Assembly: GCA_028819575.1 (NCBI GenBank)
Contig: JAPPLB010000147.1
Span: forward strand, 251-64,250
Origin: Bryobacterales bacterium
GTDB taxonomy: Bacteria > Acidobacteriota > Terriglobia > Bryobacterales > UBA6623
Direction: 5' to 3'
DNA: 64,000 nucleotides
In this document: positions 52,281-61,105 of the stretch, one piece after another
Position numbering within the stretch: the stretch's first letter is position 1
Layout of the letters: every line of letters begins with the position of its first letter
Program-made: the position numbers and the translations under genes
Notes under the pieces: model-generated
Seen by the model: only the letters and a program-made list of their open reading frames with translations
What the model was told of the DNA's origin: nothing
Databases searched by the model: none

Positions 52281-52481
52281 CAAAACTTCTCGACACCGTT
52301 AAGGCAGAAATCAAAAAGTACCCCGCAGAACGCCATTTGAATAAGCTCTTCAACGACATTCGACAGGAATATCTTGAAATTGCTGTCCCAAAACGGCAGT
52401 GGCACAAACTCAGGTGTCAAACGAAATCGGGGTCTGATTAGCAAGAGGCGATCAGGCACCGCAACGTGTACATCCTTTCCT

Positions 52482-54527
52482 CTAGGTTAATAACTTCTCA
52501 ATCCAGTGAATTCGAACTGCGAATTCGCTCTGCGGCTCCTTCTTCATGGCTCGCCGGACCCGCTTCAAGTATCGTCGCCCCCGTCTTTTGCGCGCCGCAG
52601 CCGCTGCTAAGCCCATGAACAGCTTATTATCTTCAGCAATCCGAGCAAAAATTTGAGGCTTGAGATCCCGATCGACGAATAGATTGGCCACACCTGCTCT
52701 GATCCGTCGACAGCGATCCCATTCGAACGAAAAGATCGACGATGGCAGTCGCCGCTCAAGCAGCTGCCAAGCCTCGTTAGGCAGACGATCGGAAGCCGCT
52801 GCCATGTGAGTTGCCTCGAATCCTAGCTGAGCAAGTTCCGCTGCATTACGTGATCGAGTGCCGAAGGCTCGTGTTAGAAGGTAAGCCTTGAAGTAGGCAG
52901 CGTGCCCCTCGGAGACCTGCCCTGTGGCGTCCTGAACAGCAATCAGCCATGGATCAACACCGACTTTGTTTGGAACCACATCTGGTTGTAGCACCCGTGC
53001 AAGAGCCACTAACAGAGCTCGATGCTTCCCGGATCCGGTGACCAGATACTGGGAAACAGCCAACGGGTCGCTCGCTGCCGCTGCGAGCCAACCCTCAAGC
53101 CCTCGGCTCTCGGAGTCGTTTTCCAATGCCGAACCAACAACCTCAAGCACTGTGGCCGAGCCGAATTGACTAACAGCACGCATCGCCAGATCGCTGCGCC
53201 GAGCGGCTACCAGCGCATCCAAAGCCGCCGCCTGGCCCTCACCCAATCGGTCTATAACCGCAAACGCGTCATCCTCGATTATGAGATCTTGCGACCAGAA
53301 CGTCGGCTCAGTTACTAACTCAGGTCGATATGCGAGCGCATCCTGCGCTAGGTCAGGTTCTCGTCTTAACCCTTCTGCAAGTTCACTGAGCGTAAGCGCT
53401 TCGAACGTACTCTGCGGAACCATGCGAAGAGTTTCTCCACCTTCGAGTAAGGGGATCAATTTACCAGGGTCACTACTCCATACTGCGCGGCCTAACCAGA
53501 CAGCAGCTTTCGCCAGATCGTCGGTTTCCACCAACTCCAGATGTCGCAATAGGAAGTCGAGCGTATAGTCATTAAGCTCACCACCATTGGTGAGCGCCGC
53601 ATTTGCCACAATTCCACACGCAGCTCGTGCCTCCACGGAGCCCAGCTCATCCTGAAGCAGCATTATCGCCTCTCCAACGGCTTCGGGACGAGACTTGAAT
53701 TCCTCAACCATGCGGTGAAGCTGGCACAATGACTTGAAAGCCCATCGACCCATCGCTCCATCACCGCCGATGTGGCACAGGAAGGTCCGCAATCCAGAGG
53801 CGTCCGGGTGCGCTAGATCGCTGATGGCTTCTACGAGCCAAGAGTCTGTATGGACCTCTTTAGTCTCTGCGTCCATAGCGTCTGCAAAGCGCCTTCGGAC
53901 GCTTCGATCTGTCGACGGCAGAAGCTGGAGATCGAAGCTTATTCCCTTACTAGAGCGGTCCGACGCCGCCAACGTGCAGAAACGGAACGTCCGACGCAGG
54001 CGGGGCCATTGCTGTGACCAAAGAGCCAGGATGACCCGATCGACGTTGACGCCGACCGGCCGTGCCGCGATAATGCGGCTGGTCGGCTCTCCGTATAGAC
54101 CGACGAGCACATATCGGCTCCATGCCTTCTCTGTGTCCGTCAGCGCAACAGGATTAGATCCAATGTCGTGCGTCAACGGTTTTCTGTAATAGTCTAAATT
54201 CGAACCGTGTGGTCTTTGAAACAATACAACAAGACCGTCCAATGACCTCAACATGGCTAGATCGGCGAAATCGATCAGAATGCTGTGCGTCCAAACGCAG
54301 CCTGGTCGAGGCATTTCTGGTGCCGCCCATGTACGCGCCAGAACGTAAGCGCCGAACTCAGTAAGAGGGTAACCAGTGAGATAACCTTCTTTGTCGATGC
54401 AAGCACCTGTGCCAGAGATGTCGCTCAACACGAGCATCGACTTGGCATCGGGAGGTTTCAGTGTCACCGAAGCCGCGAGTTGACGGTGACCCTCGGAATA
54501 ACCATGAAGAGTCTGCTGGAGTGTCAT
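52482..54527 (-). CDS. Large (~680 aa) protein, operon gene 5; GAP1-like by position
   Basis: ATG 54527 forms an ATGA overlap with the upstream GTPase stop. The ORF-track start 54557 is also possible. No catalytic motif seen. The family name is inferred from operon architecture only. Confidence 0.6.
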   Translation of the reverse strand: MTLQQTLHGYSEGHRQLAASVTLKPPDAKSMLVLSDISGTGACIDKEGYLTGYPLTEFGAYVLARTWAAPEMPRPGCVWTHSILIDFADLAMLRSLDGLVVLFQRPHGSNLDYYRKPLTHDIGSNPVALTDTEKAWSRYVLVGLYGEPTSRIIAARPVGVNVDRVILALWSQQWPRLRRTFRFCTLAASDRSSKGISFDLQLLPSTDRSVRRRFADAMDAETKEVHTDSWLVEAISDLAHPDASGLRTFLCHIGGDGAMGRWAFKSLCQLHRMVEEFKSRPEAVGEAIMLLQDELGSVEARAACGIVANAALTNGGELNDYTLDFLLRHLELVETDDLAKAAVWLGRAVWSSDPGKLIPLLEGGETLRMVPQSTFEALTLSELAEGLRREPDLAQDALAYRPELVTEPTFWSQDLIIEDDAFAVIDRLGEGQAAALDALVAARRSDLAMRAVSQFGSATVLEVVGSALENDSESRGLEGWLAAAASDPLAVSQYLVTGSGKHRALLVALARVLQPDVVPNKVGVDPWLIAVQDATGQVSEGHAAYFKAYLLTRAFGTRSRNAAELAQLGFEATHMAAASDRLPNEAWQLLERRLPSSIFSFEWDRCRRIRAGVANLFVDRDLKPQIFARIAEDNKLFMGLAAAAARKRRGRRYLKRVRRAMKKEPQSEFAVRIHWIEKLLT

Positions 54528-55417
54528 CCGCCCAATGTGCGGCACTCCATCAGCCATGCGAGTGGCCTGGTCAAGTCATGAGTCTTGGCTCCGTTCTCCA
54601 AGAGCATGATACGTTTCGACGGAGAATCTAGATTCCTAAGCGCTTCTGCTTCTGGCTTGGGGTGCGCATTCGAGTTGGTCTTATCATAATCACCGCCTTG
54701 GGCGCTAAGCCCATAAATGCGCCATGTCCAATCATCAGCCCCGAGCTGCAGATACTGAGCTAGGAGCGGCAACTTCTGTTCGAGATAGGCCCGTGGGCTC
54801 AGACCTTCTCCGCTAGCCTTGTCCCATGCTGACATCATAATCGCCAACCGTCGGGGACCGTTGTCAAGAGGCGACCGACGTAGTAGTTGCAGTAAGTCCG
54901 CCAACTGAACCTGAGTCGGTGCGAGTTCCGGATGCCACTGAACTACCGGATTCTCCGACACCTCAAGTCCCATTTCATTGGACAGTGCAACTTCATCAAC
55001 AACCCATTTCGGCGCCTGGATTTTGTCTGCATGGATGAAGAAAATAACATCACCTTCATAAAGGATCTTTGCTATTTCTGGATCACATTCGCGATCTTCC
55101 CACATTCGCCTATAGGCTTCTCCAGGGACATCCGGAAATGTGACACGTACAGGCACGCCCGCGTTATCTAATAGATTCATACTGACTAGGCGATTTCCAG
55201 CGACCGCGGTTCGATCCTGGACCTTGGCATCACGCCAACGCGCTGCAATCTCGTTCAAGTGGGAGACTTCCCCTCTGGATAGCTCGTGGAAGCGCAACAA
55301 CGTGTCCACGTCACGCTCGGTTATAAGATGCCAGAGCGCCGCGAGAAATGTAGTCTTCCCAGACTCCGGTAGCCCGATGATGACAATGGAACGTTCAGCC
55401 ATTATCCCTTCCCTCAA
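54524..55417 (-). CDS. P-loop GTPase, operon gene 4
   Basis: G1 IIGLPESGKTT, G3 FPDVPGE and possible G4 MSAWDK. ATGA overlap with the upstream gene. Confidence 0.75.
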   Translation of the reverse strand: MREGIMAERSIVIIGLPESGKTTFLAALWHLITERDVDTLLRFHELSRGEVSHLNEIAARWRDAKVQDRTAVAGNRLVSMNLLDNAGVPVRVTFPDVPGEAYRRMWEDRECDPEIAKILYEGDVIFFIHADKIQAPKWVVDEVALSNEMGLEVSENPVVQWHPELAPTQVQLADLLQLLRRSPLDNGPRRLAIMMSAWDKASGEGLSPRAYLEQKLPLLAQYLQLGADDWTWRIYGLSAQGGDYDKTNSNAHPKPEAEALRNLDSPSKRIMLLENGAKTHDLTRPLAWLMECRTLGG

Positions 55418-56439
55418 GCGTCTAAAGGTACAATTCGCGCAAAAGCGCGTACAAATTCCGGCCTAACAGGCAGTGACACATCCATTGGCGGCGCGGGCTC
55501 GAGCCAGAACGTGAGCAGTTCGGGAACACCTGTGCCGCGCGGCACCGCGTTCGTCTTGGGCGCAGCTGCTATCTTGAACGGCTGAATGACAAAAAACACG
55601 TGATCGAAGAGCTGTTGAATCCTTTCCTTTAGAGAGATGAAGTTTTTTTCAGCTCTCGCCATATGGGGCGATTTATTCACCACATCAATCTTAGTGAGTA
55701 CCAGAGCGAGACGTTGGCCGGCCTGAACTGCTCCTCCGTCAACGAGCCCCTGGAGCATCATTAGGATTTCGCTACGCAAGTTGTGGCGGGCGCCGGAGTC
55801 TATAAGCCGATTGCCATCAACTAAGACGGTAAGTGAATCCGCACGACGCACCTCTGGGAAAGCCATGGCTATCGAAGCGTCATCAGCCGCGCCCTGATAC
55901 TCCTCGCCTGCCCTATCTCCCAAGACGATAGCTAGCCTGTGTCCCAACGGAGCACCTCCCAGATCAAGATGATAAAACCTTACCTCACCTCTGGGAGTAC
56001 GATATGTATGCGGCTCGGCCCTGCGGGAAGCAGCACGAGCATCGTGGCAAGTCTGTTCGAAGGCGTGCAGTGTTTGTGATCGAGCGAATCTGATTTTTGC
56101 AACCGGACCCACTTGAAAGAGCTCGTATAAACTGGCGATCAGGCTTGTCTTGCCAGCATCTCTGGGGCCAATGATGGCAATTACACGTGCGGCGCCCTTA
56201 CGGAGTAGCCTTGATGTTTCAGCTAGAGTCAATGTATCAGCACTCGGTAATACAATGCTCGAAGGCTCCTTAGACTTCTCCTCGCTCCCTCGATCTGTCT
56301 CGGACGTCTCCTCCGCCTCGCGGCCATAGTACGGACAAGCCGACAACTCGAAAGCCTCGACGCAAAGGTCTGTCTCTGAAACCCGACAATCCGGGTTGGA
56401 GCAGAACACTACGGCTTCATCATTGACATCGTTCGCCAT
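55414..56439 (-). CDS. P-loop GTPase with N-terminal Cys cluster, operon gene 3
   Basis: CSNPDC...CVEAFELSAC, then G1 IIGPRDAGKTS, G3 LGDRAGE and G4 LTKID. Confidence 0.75.
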   Translation of the reverse strand: MANDVNDEAVVFCSNPDCRVSETDLCVEAFELSACPYYGREAEETSETDRGSEEKSKEPSSIVLPSADTLTLAETSRLLRKGAARVIAIIGPRDAGKTSLIASLYELFQVGPVAKIRFARSQTLHAFEQTCHDARAASRRAEPHTYRTPRGEVRFYHLDLGGAPLGHRLAIVLGDRAGEEYQGAADDASIAMAFPEVRRADSLTVLVDGNRLIDSGARHNLRSEILMMLQGLVDGGAVQAGQRLALVLTKIDVVNKSPHMARAEKNFISLKERIQQLFDHVFFVIQPFKIAAAPKTNAVPRGTGVPELLTFWLEPAPPMDVSLPVRPEFVRAFARIVPLDA

Positions 56440-56442
56440 GAT

Positions 56443-57546
56443 TCACTCGAGCTTTCTAAGTAGCCGCTCGCGGTAGAACAGCTCACCTAGCAGTAGAGGC
56501 GTGACTGAATGCTCAGAATTCACGCACGTAGCAGCCGCCCAGCCAGCAATCCACGCGTCACCAGCACCAGTCTCACACTGACGCTGGATCGCAAAGTGGA
56601 GCGGAGAGGAGACCGGTGACGGATTCTGCTCTCCGACGAGCTTCTCAAGCCACTCTTGGTTCGCGGCGTTAATTACCACTGAAATAGTGGCGCTGTTCTT
56701 TTCTTCCAATCCCGCACGCGACAGCAAGGCCTTTACGGACGGTGGGCCTGGGAGGAACTCCGTACTGTCCGCCAGTTCCTTTGCGAATACCAACGGTCGC
56801 GCTTCATATTCCACGTCGCTAAAGGAGCAGTTATAGTCCCAACTTCGCTGTCCTATGAGCCACCATAACATCTGCAACTCTTCATCTTGGATGCTCATAA
56901 ACTGGTTCACAGCCCAGACGGCGTCCGCCTGTTCCAGGGTCATTGTCTTCATCGCAGTCCGCACGTCACCCGCTGCGATATTGAATGCTAAAGCTACGCT
57001 GTTCCAATCTGGAGTTTCTCGAACTTTGGCGGCGGCCTTCTTGAAATCGAGCTTGGGAGGCTCCGATGGACTGTAATCTTCAAGATCCGGACGTTTGCGA
57101 TTCTCCTCAGCAATGTGATCAATCGCACTCTCGGCTAGAGCACAGAGGTCCATCGGTACATTCAGTTTACGAGCGCCACCAAGTGCCGCCGTCGTTACCG
57201 CCAATGCCGCAGCTGCACCGATATCTTTGCCGTCCTCCATGAGTACAACAAGGCAGATACCAGCAAGAACCTCTAGCTCGCGATCGTTGTCCTGCATGTC
57301 AAATGCGTCATCAGCGTTCTTGAAGGCTTGGCGAATCTTCTGCAAGGTTTCAGGGGCGGCCTTCTGCCGGGTCCGAAAAACCAGACGAATCAGCGCCTCT
57401 ACATCATCCCGATTGGCGTCTCCGACGACGGAAAGTACACCCTTCCACCTAGCCTCCTTGAGCCCCTGATCGTCGCGGAGTTCAACTTCGCCGTACCAAC
57501 GATCAAAATCCTTATGTATAGGGGGCAGATCTGTTTCAGCCATCAT
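56443..57546 (-). CDS. All-helical protein, operon gene 2; GASH-like by position
   Basis: 367 aa, helix-rich by composition with no enzymatic motif. Its stop lies 3 nt before the next start. Confidence 0.6.
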   Translation of the reverse strand: MMAETDLPPIHKDFDRWYGEVELRDDQGLKEARWKGVLSVVGDANRDDVEALIRLVFRTRQKAAPETLQKIRQAFKNADDAFDMQDNDRELEVLAGICLVVLMEDGKDIGAAAALAVTTAALGGARKLNVPMDLCALAESAIDHIAEENRKRPDLEDYSPSEPPKLDFKKAAAKVRETPDWNSVALAFNIAAGDVRTAMKTMTLEQADAVWAVNQFMSIQDEELQMLWWLIGQRSWDYNCSFSDVEYEARPLVFAKELADSTEFLPGPPSVKALLSRAGLEEKNSATISVVINAANQEWLEKLVGEQNPSPVSSPLHFAIQRQCETGAGDAWIAGWAAATCVNSEHSVTPLLLGELFYRERLLRKLE

Positions 57547-58853
57547 TGTGTCTCCCGTTGTGCGACCTCACGCGCAACCATATCGAGAATACTGCGTTTA
57601 CCGGCTCGAAGCAGAGCCCGCCCGTAGCGTTCGGGCTCGGGCAGGACGAGTTCGTTCTCATCGATAAGATCAAGATGGAGCGCAATCTCCCGTCGTTGAC
57701 TCACCGTGAGATTCCAGAAGCGAAACACAAGGTTGCGGGTATCTTCATCACTCATTGCAACCTCCTTGTCGGCATCAGCCTCTTCAGCTGCATTAGGCGC
57801 AGTATCGGGCATTGCGGACGTATTTGGAGAGGGCTGTTTCACAACCAACGAGGCTACACGGCTCGGGATAGCGATGCAGTGGCGAAAGACAGACTCTCCC
57901 TGTTGAGTCAGTTGAGGACGGTACAGTTCCGGCCTGGACTGCCATTCCAGGCAATGTGTTTTGATTTCGATCTTCCGGTCACTGTCCTGCCCGAGAACAC
58001 TGATGTCGATCAGGTTGTAGCTAGGCTGCCATCCGACTTCATAGCGATCCGGGTTCACGGCACCTGTGCTGACACGGATGTAGTCTTCGTCCCTAGTAAT
58101 TCTCGTTTGGTGCTTATGCGCAAAGAGTTGAATTGTCGCTCGTCCACAGATGGCATCGTTCACCTCATCCTGGTCCAAAAACCAATCTGGTGGGTGATGG
58201 CACAGTACCAGGTTGACGACATCATCCACCGGATCGAGTACTGTCTGGAGCGGACTAAGATATAGGCTCGCAGGGTTATCATCCTTGCCATCTACACCGG
58301 ACAACAGAGTTGAAGTTAGGCCGTGGAGCATCAAATGAACTCCCCCCTCGATCAACAGACCCTGCTTCCAATAGAGACGATCTGGGGGGTAAATTTGACA
58401 GTTGAACAACTTAGCAAAATCATTGTAGGCTTCGAGCGGCGCAACCAGCGCGCGACCGCAGTCCTGATCAGCGAACTGTGTGCGTAGCTCGCGTTCGCGC
58501 TCATGTGGAGCCGCAGACACAATTGCTGCTTGCGCGTTCCGGACCGCGGGCGAATTGATTATGACTCTCCGGTCGATGTCATGATTGCCTGGGATCACAA
58601 AAACTCTTTCCATTGGACATCCACAGGCATCGGCAAATTCCTCGAGCCACCAAATTGCAGCCTTATACTCCTCTGGATCTCCCTTAAACGCTATGTCGCC
58701 GCCAATCAAGAGAGCACCGACTGGTCCGTGCTGTTGGATTCGCTCTCGAACATCTTGGACCATCCGTGTCCGAAAAGGCCGGTCCGGGTCGGTATCTGGA
58801 TTGATGCAATTCGGTGCTCGAAAATGGATGTCAGCGATGTGAAGCAACAACAT
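57543..58853 (-). CDS. Calcineurin-like metallophosphoesterase with C-terminal helical tail, operon gene 1 (putative effector)
   Basis: Motifs HIADIHF, LIGGDIAFKG, VIPGNHD, LCHHPP and FAHKHQ. A low-complexity linker precedes a ~90-aa helical tail. Confidence 0.75.
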   Translation of the reverse strand: MLLLHIADIHFRAPNCINPDTDPDRPFRTRMVQDVRERIQQHGPVGALLIGGDIAFKGDPEEYKAAIWWLEEFADACGCPMERVFVIPGNHDIDRRVIINSPAVRNAQAAIVSAAPHERERELRTQFADQDCGRALVAPLEAYNDFAKLFNCQIYPPDRLYWKQGLLIEGGVHLMLHGLTSTLLSGVDGKDDNPASLYLSPLQTVLDPVDDVVNLVLCHHPPDWFLDQDEVNDAICGRATIQLFAHKHQTRITRDEDYIRVSTGAVNPDRYEVGWQPSYNLIDISVLGQDSDRKIEIKTHCLEWQSRPELYRPQLTQQGESVFRHCIAIPSRVASLVVKQPSPNTSAMPDTAPNAAEEADADKEVAMSDEDTRNLVFRFWNLTVSQRREIALHLDLIDENELVLPEPERYGRALLRAGKRSILDMVAREVAQRETQ

Positions 58854-59059
58854 TTGCCAGGATACTAGTGGTCCGAAAAGAATGGAGAATTCTTCGATCC
58901 AGGCTTCCTAATCTCAGAAGTATTTTAGAACACCCATGAATCGAGGATGCCGCGAAGATCGATGGGTGTGAACGATTCCCGAAAAGTCCTTCTGAACTCT
59001 GCTGTGTCTCACAACTCCTAAGTTATAGTACGCCCATGCCCGCGTTGATTTCACGGGAT

Positions 59060-59290
59060 TTACGCCGTGCCGTGTGTTTGTTTTGATGTTGTCGAAATCG
59101 TTGCCCGCGCGCCGGCCTGGAGCTGGCGGGCGCGCAGAGCGGCGGCAATGATAACCCGGTAGACGCCTTGCTCCTCATCGTTCAGGATAAACCACGGTTG
59201 ATCAGGTGGCTTCTCCGATCTTTCAATTCGTAGGTACATGGAGTTCAGCCTATAGCACCCCCAAGAACGGAGCAATCGTGCCGAAGCCAC
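59060..59290 (-). CDS. Small ORF with RNA-polymerase-omega-like helix (very tentative)
   Basis: GVYRVIIAAALRARQLQAGA resembles the omega core (NRY.LV..AA.RARQL..G). Start may be ATG 59239. Could be non-coding. Confidence 0.2.
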   Translation of the reverse strand: MASARLLRSWGCYRLNSMYLRIERSEKPPDQPWFILNDEEQGVYRVIIAAALRARQLQAGARATISTTSKQTHGTA

Positions 59291-59464
59291 ATGGGGTAGC
59301 GCCTGATGGCGCTGGAGAACTGCCAGGCCTGAAGACTTACAATCCAGGCATGGCGGGCAGGACAGGGAAGCATCCCCACGGGACCGGCAGCAAGGCCGGA
59401 CCGGAAATACTGCACCCTCAGGGAGCTTTCAGCTGGGAACAGCGGCTGACTTGAGGAAGTGACT

Positions 59465-60151
59465 ATGTGCGGCCGGATCACCCAGCAACTGTCTCCGGAT
59501 CGGATTGGCGAGCTGTACGGCTTGCGGGCAATGCCGCTTTCGCCCGATCGAAAGCCTCGCTACAACGGCGCGCCCGGGCAGGACTTCAGCGCGTGCCGGG
59601 TCGAGCAGGACGGCGCCCGCGCGATCGTCCGGCTGCGCTGGGGATTGGTTCCCTCCTGGGCGCGTGACACCAGGACGGGTTCCCGGCTGATCAATGCCCG
59701 CGCCGAGTCCGTCCACTACAAGCCATCCTTCCGCTCCGCCTTCCGTTTGCGCCGCTGCCTGCTGCCCGTCGATGGCTGGTTTGAGTGGCGGAACAGAAGC
59801 CGCGGCAAGCAGCCCTATTTTCTGACCCTGCAGGACGGCTCGCCGCTGTCGTTCGCCGCGCTGTGGGAGCGCTGGGATCCCAGCGCCGCGCCGCTGGAGA
59901 CCTTCACCATCATTACCACGGCGGCCTCCCCAGGCCTGGAAGACATCCACCATCGCCAGCCGGCGATCATCGATCCCCGATGGTTCACGGAGTGGCTCGA
60001 CCCGCAGACGCCGCTGCCCGTACTGCTCGAGCTGGCGCGGCAACCCCATGACGGCCCCTTCGAGAGGCGTGCCGTCAGCGCCCGCGTGAACAATGTCCGC
60101 AACGACGATCCAGACGTCCTGACACCCCTATCGGGCAGCGGGTTATTGTGA
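59465..60151 (+). CDS. SOS-response-associated peptidase (SRAP/YedK/HMCES family)
   Basis: Starts MCGRITQQ, with the catalytic Cys2 right after Met. Also has RYNGAPGQ, LRWGLVPSW, INARAES and HHRQP. Start moved from GTG 59459 to ATG 59465. Confidence 0.85.
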   Translation: MCGRITQQLSPDRIGELYGLRAMPLSPDRKPRYNGAPGQDFSACRVEQDGARAIVRLRWGLVPSWARDTRTGSRLINARAESVHYKPSFRSAFRLRRCLLPVDGWFEWRNRSRGKQPYFLTLQDGSPLSFAALWERWDPSAAPLETFTIITTAASPGLEDIHHRQPAIIDPRWFTEWLDPQTPLPVLLELARQPHDGPFERRAVSARVNNVRNDDPDVLTPLSGSGLL

Positions 60152-60371
60152 CCACCCCGAAAACCCCTGCTCAGAGCGACTGTAACAGTAGGGATGCTTT
60201 CTGCTACGGTCGAAATGCGATCTGGTGAGCCACGAGGTTCGAACCGTGCCGTCCTCTTCGAGAGGTCTCTGCATCACTGCCTTCCTTGAGGTAGTGCTAG
60301 TGGATGCGTAGCACCACCAGGTCCAGCTAAAGATCGGCCACTTCTAGCATTAGAGAGGTCGAAGACCCAGG

Positions 60372-61100
60372 CTAATCTTCAACCACTAACTGCTTCTGTT
60401 TGATCCACTTTGCGCCGCTTGGGGTCACTACGAGAAGATCGATTGGACCGCCTACTGTTTTCTCACGATTCTGAAAGCGGAGGGTTTCAATCGTGCTGCG
60501 AATGCCAAAAACCGCGAAATCGATTGCGTCTTGCAGAGTAAAGAACTCAAATGGTACTCCGAAAGATGGCAATGGTACTGCTGGCAGGTCGCCCTCTTGG
60601 ACTAAGTTCACTTCATTGAGTAGACGCTGAAGAACATCGATTTCACCTCCCCAGTTAGCACCCTGTCGATTGACGGGATTCAAGCGAATGACCGGCCCAA
60701 CGGCGGGATCAACAGAAAAAAGTGTCTGCTCCCATCCTGCCTCCGTTTGAGTGTACCCAGCTATATGAAACATAGTGCCAGGGCGGACGCCGAGCGTAGA
60801 CAAGTAGGCCTTAAGTTCATTCGCAACCTGTTCGGCGTACAGATTCTTCCCCACTAGTTTTTCGACGATGAAGGACTCAACAAAGCCAGCGATGGGAACG
60901 CCGCCAATGTCTGCGGGACCGCAAGTTGCAATGCCAATGTTGTTCGGAGCTAGAAAGAGCTTCCTTGCACTATCAGATGTAGTTAGCGAGAGCGTGTGTT
61001 CCGGGCCGCCAGGCAGGGCACGGGGGATCGTGAGGGTCAGGCGACTATCAGCCGCCATGACGATTCCTTCGCGAGTGTAAACGCTGATGATGAGCGACAT
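60372..61100 (-). CDS. Proteasome-beta/HslV-like Ntn hydrolase with Ser after initiator Met
   Basis: From ATG 61100: M-SLIISVYTREGIVMAADSRLT aligns with T1-TIVGV...GVVIAAD17-R-T of proteasome beta subunits. The TTG at 61109 in the ORF track is less likely. Confidence 0.6.
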   Translation of the reverse strand: MSLIISVYTREGIVMAADSRLTLTIPRALPGGPEHTLSLTTSDSARKLFLAPNNIGIATCGPADIGGVPIAGFVESFIVEKLVGKNLYAEQVANELKAYLSTLGVRPGTMFHIAGYTQTEAGWEQTLFSVDPAVGPVIRLNPVNRQGANWGGEIDVLQRLLNEVNLVQEGDLPAVPLPSFGVPFEFFTLQDAIDFAVFGIRSTIETLRFQNREKTVGGPIDLLVVTPSGAKWIKQKQLVVED

Positions 61101-61105
61101 AGCGC

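Noticed and set aside
51563-52441. 292-aa plus-strand ORF spanning the nuclease gene and the insertion junction
   Set aside because: It is antisense to a well-supported SNase-like gene, and it crosses the composition breakpoint at 52281.
60221-60270. tRNA-like string TGGTGAGCCACGAGGTTCGAACCGTG, a possible tRNA 3' end or att remnant after the SRAP gene
   Set aside because: GGTTCGAACC is itself a palindrome. I could not fold a consistent T-arm plus acceptor stem on either strand, and no rest of a tRNA is present. A tRNAscan/ARAGORN run would settle it.
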